DNA of 63,352 bases, the filler included. It is 11 parts of 11 records of this genome, joined end to end, with 100 filler letters (N's around TTAATTAATTAA, not from the genome) between each part and the next. Parts side by side here need not be neighbours in the genome. Positions count along the whole stretch, not along the records: positions 60,104 to 63,352 come from SRR7504441_1362; 10 more parts are not named here. One strand, given 5' to 3'. The notes beneath the pieces were generated by a model. That model saw only the letters and a program-made list of their open reading frames with translations. It searched no databases and was not told the DNA's origin. The position numbers were made by a program, and so were the translations under genes. Below, piece after piece: positions 60,148 through 63,352 of this stretch; the first letter of the stretch is position 1, and each line of letters opens with the position of its first letter.

Positions 60148-61860
60148 ATGGCACAAGGTGAGGAGGAGACCGAGCGGCGCCCCGCGGTGCGGGATGGGAC
60201 GGCGCACCAGCAGTGCGTTGAGATCATTGAGCGACTGGCGGAGGACAACGGCGGCCAGATCCCTCTACGGGAGCTCAAGATGCTGGTCAAGCTACTCGAC
60301 CACAACCTGATCGACACCCCGATCGGCGAGCTCAGTGAGCAGACCCCGCAGATCAAGGCGCTCTGCATCGCAGGGCCACGAGGTCAGGACCTGACTAAGA
60401 TGGCCACACACCTCGCCCAGGCCTACAACTCGCGCTACATCGACATGATGCATCAGTTTATGGGCCTGGGCGCTCCGCCGGCCGACTGGGAGCCCTCGGA
60501 GCCCGGGCTGTACAAAGTGTCCTGGGCCGGCGGGATCCGGTACCGGAGCTCGCCCAGCATGCGCGACCTGGCCGGGCGGGACACGTGCTTCGAGTCGGCG
60601 CCGTTCGGTATGGAATTCACAGTGGAGCAGTTTGTCGAGGGGGTGGACGGAGCCGAGTACGCTAAGCTCCAGGACTCCAACTTCTTCCTGCCGGTCCGGA
60701 TGAACAGCGGGGAGCCGGTGATTGAGCTGGTCAGATCATCCAGCTTCGAACAGTCGCAAAGCAAATGGGTCCATGGCACCATTGTGATTGAGGCTCGGCT
60801 ACCTGGCGAGCGGCACTGGCGCGTGGACCCGCGAATGGCCCAGACCGGCACCGGCGGGCTGCCCGTGGCCTGGCTGGCCGGCTCCCCACTGGACATCGAG
60901 CTCGGGGCCAACTGGGCCGACCGACCTCTGCCTGTTGACGCTCTCGGACAGCAACCGTTTCCGATGCGGCTGGCCGGGCGTGGGGCAGTGCTGCGGGGCG
61001 GCAAGTTCATCTCAGCCGCACTGGCTGGACAGCCGGAGCAGATCACGCAGGAGATGTCCGGGAGCGAGCACTGGCTGCCGTTATTTGTGCAGGAGCGGAT
61101 CCAGGAGCAGAGCCAGCTGGAGTTGCTCTGCAGCTATGTCAGGTCTGTCCAGTTGCATGGGACTGCCCGGTTCCGAGTGGGCGCTGTGGACGAGCCTGGC
61201 CAGATGGGCCGGGCGGTGGCCGAGGCGCTCAAGGAAATAGCGCTGGCACAGATGAGCGCCAACGGACGGACGGACTGGGACAGACGGCGAGGCGGGGACG
61301 TGAAGCACCAGCTGCATGAGCTGGAGCAGGCGCTCACCCACCCGTGCCAAGGGTACTGCCAGCAACCGCTGATCCCGAGCGAGGTGCCCGTGGGGGCGCT
61401 GGCGCGGATCGCGGCGGATCGGTCCGGCCAAAAGTCGCGGGTCAAGCAGATGAGTCGAGTGGCGCCGCTCTGGCTGCCGCTGACTAAAGACACGCGGGAT
61501 CGGGAAAGGGCGCGCACCCTGAAGGCGGCGGCCGGGTTGCTCCGGCTGGGACTTCAGACCAGATTCCCTGAGAAAGTGGTTGTGCTGCTCGCGCACCACT
61601 TGGTTTGCGTGAAGATATACGAGAGACCGAGTGCTTACAGCGTGAGAGTGCTAGTTCTTGGTGAGCCAGTGCAGACCGGCCCAGCTGCCGGCGCTCAAGC
61701 CCCGGCGGCGCCCGGCGAATGGAAGCAGGTCAAGAGTGCCAATGGCAAGCTTTACTATTGGAACACTCGCACCAATGAGACTAGTTGGTCGGTGCCAGCC
61801 GGAATGCAGAAACAGCTCGATGCCGACGTGAAGCGAGTGGCCGTCGGCCGGTCGCAGTAG
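60148..61860 (+). CDS. WW-domain protein with a degenerate nucleotide-kinase-like segment
   Basis: EWKQVKSANGKLYYWNTRTNETSWSVP; IAGPRGQDLTKMATHLAQAYNSRYID. Confidence 0.75.
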   Translation: MAQGEEETERRPAVRDGTAHQQCVEIIERLAEDNGGQIPLRELKMLVKLLDHNLIDTPIGELSEQTPQIKALCIAGPRGQDLTKMATHLAQAYNSRYIDMMHQFMGLGAPPADWEPSEPGLYKVSWAGGIRYRSSPSMRDLAGRDTCFESAPFGMEFTVEQFVEGVDGAEYAKLQDSNFFLPVRMNSGEPVIELVRSSSFEQSQSKWVHGTIVIEARLPGERHWRVDPRMAQTGTGGLPVAWLAGSPLDIELGANWADRPLPVDALGQQPFPMRLAGRGAVLRGGKFISAALAGQPEQITQEMSGSEHWLPLFVQERIQEQSQLELLCSYVRSVQLHGTARFRVGAVDEPGQMGRAVAEALKEIALAQMSANGRTDWDRRRGGDVKHQLHELEQALTHPCQGYCQQPLIPSEVPVGALARIAADRSGQKSRVKQMSRVAPLWLPLTKDTRDRERARTLKAAAGLLRLGLQTRFPEKVVVLLAHHLVCVKIYERPSAYSVRVLVLGEPVQTGPAAGAQAPAAPGEWKQVKSANGKLYYWNTRTNETSWSVPAGMQKQLDADVKRVAVGRSQ

Positions 61861-62110
61861 TATCGAACATAGCCTATTGTATAGTCCAGTTAGCACGTGC
61901 CCCCAGACTAGAATTATTTACATGCACATGTATTGTACGAACTAGTTGACTTACCGATACAAGTCTTGTACGCACATATCATTCATGAACTTGTCATTGA
62001 AGCTTTACGCGATACCAGTAGAACTAAGCTAGTGCGGGACTCTGGACCAGTGCAGTGTGTGAGCCTACACGGCCTGTCGAACCACACAGATATTGCATGG
62101 ACGGGCAATC

Positions 62111-62497
62111 TCAATCAGCATTCTGATCCTCGTCCTCAGCAAACCGCTTCAAGAAGCAGACAACTTGCCCGAGATGCTCGGGGGTGCGTGGCAGGTCGTG
62201 TCCGCCTGGGTGGAGGCATAGCTCGCGCACGCTCGGATCGAAGCAATCATACAGCTGGTCCATCATCGGTTTTGGAATCAGATCTCGCTCACCCTGCATG
62301 TGCAGCGCCGGCGTCCGCAGCAGCCGGCCGGACAGCGCCGCCATGATGCTTGGGGTGGTGGTCGGAAGGTAGCCCGAGCTCAGAAGCGCGAACCGGAACG
62401 TGCCCTCGCGCACGGAGGCTAGCAGCGATGCGGCAGCACAGGCACCCATCGAGTACCCGAGCAGCCCGTCGAAAGGGCCCTGGTCTCGGATCACATC
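62111..62497 (-). CDS. Serine hydrolase FSH1/OVCA2 family, C-terminal half only
   Basis: GPFDGLLGYSMG, PALHMQGERD, HPGGHDLP; the N-terminal LCLHG region is absent. Confidence 0.8.
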   Translation of the reverse strand, partial: DVIRDQGPFDGLLGYSMGACAAASLLASVREGTFRFALLSSGYLPTTTPSIMAALSGRLLRTPALHMQGERDLIPKPMMDQLYDCFDPSVRELCLHPGGHDLPRTPEHLGQVVCFLKRFAEDEDQNAD

Positions 62498-62995
62498 TTT
62501 CCCTACGGTGTTCCTGTCCTGGTAACTTCTATTCGAGTGTTGGTGCCGTTCCTCATGGTCCCTCTGTTTCTCCAAATCGAGATGCGCCAGGAGCCTAATT
62601 TGTTTTATCATACTATTGTGAGGATGTTCTTGGCAGTAGCCACCTTCTATCCCTCATGGCAGTTCATGCAGTAATTTTCAGACCCCATGCTGGTATTCTG
62701 ACCAGCTGTGTGCAGCACTAAGATGGATTGTGGACCACATCAAACCGCAGCTTCTCCGTATGACTATATTCATGACCAACTCCAGGTTGGCCCAGCGTGG
62801 CTTCGTGATATGCTGTACTACTCCACGGTCTCGACGACAACGGTTGCTTTCATCATCGCGAGTGTTTGTGTACAGCTTTATCTTAGATCTGTAAATAGGA
62901 GTCTCGATTGGAAAGTTAACGTTGCTCTCCAAACCATGATGGATGAGATGCACGACAAGAACCAATTATTACGCGCGAATGGAATCAAGTTTTAA
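62492..62995 (+). CDS. TMC (transmembrane channel-like) protein, C-terminal fragment
   Basis: Hydrophobic frame, 45-nt GT-AG intron 62671-62715 with CTGAC, then DCGPH..PAWLRDMLYY..TM helix..EMHDKNQLL. Confidence 0.55.
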
Positions 62996-63101
62996 ATCTT
63001 TAAAAACAATCAATTGATTATTGGTACATCTTTCCATCGATCTTGATGCAGGTCCCTTAGCCTAGCTTTCATTTATTTAAATGATTCAAAACTAAATAAA
63101 G

Positions 63102-63352
63102 CTAAGATGAACGCCCTGTGTTCTTAGCCCCCGCCTCGATCAGCGCGGTCGCTATCTCGGTGTAGCCTTTGTCGCCCGCCTTGATCAACGCAGTCTTGCC
63201 AGATTGATCTCGTAGGTCCAGCTCTGCCCCCGCCTCGATGAGTGCAGCTGCGATCTCCATGTTGCCCCCATCAGCTGCCTTCATCAATGCAGTCTTGCGA
63301 GTGTTATCCCGCACGTCCAACCCCGCCCCCGCCTCGATGAGCGCAGCTGCTA
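63102..63352 (-). CDS. Ankyrin-repeat protein, 3' end
   Basis: KTALMKAADGGNMEIAAALIEAGA and GKTALIKAGDKGYTEIATALIEAGA; near-identical DNA repeats with 99-bp period. Confidence 0.85.
   Translation of the reverse strand, partial: AAALIEAGAGLDVRDNTRKTALMKAADGGNMEIAAALIEAGAELDLRDQSGKTALIKAGDKGYTEIATALIEAGAKNTGRSS

Overview
Eukaryotic DNA from a compact, GC-rich protist-like genome; the lineage cannot be fixed from this window. It consists of 11 unrelated contigs joined by 100-nt artificial linkers (N44-TTAATTAATTAA-N44), so gene order across linkers has no meaning. About 35 protein genes or fragments are present, most split by very short introns (about 32-60 nt), so the ORF track fragments them; I rebuilt the gene models by hand from conserved motifs. 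All family calls are motif recognition, not database searches. No RNA genes, CRISPR arrays or mobile elements were found. Top observations: (1) a kinesin-4 motor fused in one reading frame to an apparently complete PRC1/MAP65/Ase1 domain; (2) a single-module, Ebony-like (beta-alanine-type) NRPS with A-T-TE domains apparently fused to a C-terminal PX domain; (3) relaxed splice donors, with many GC-AG introns, one motif-forced GA-AG intron and a candidate GG-AG intron; (4) a YAACGG (Myb/MSA-like) motif clustered in very short, often bidirectional promoters; (5) other enzyme fusions (GH65 + metallophosphoesterase; FAD oxidase + methyltransferase + third domain) and bacterial-like genes that carry host-type introns.
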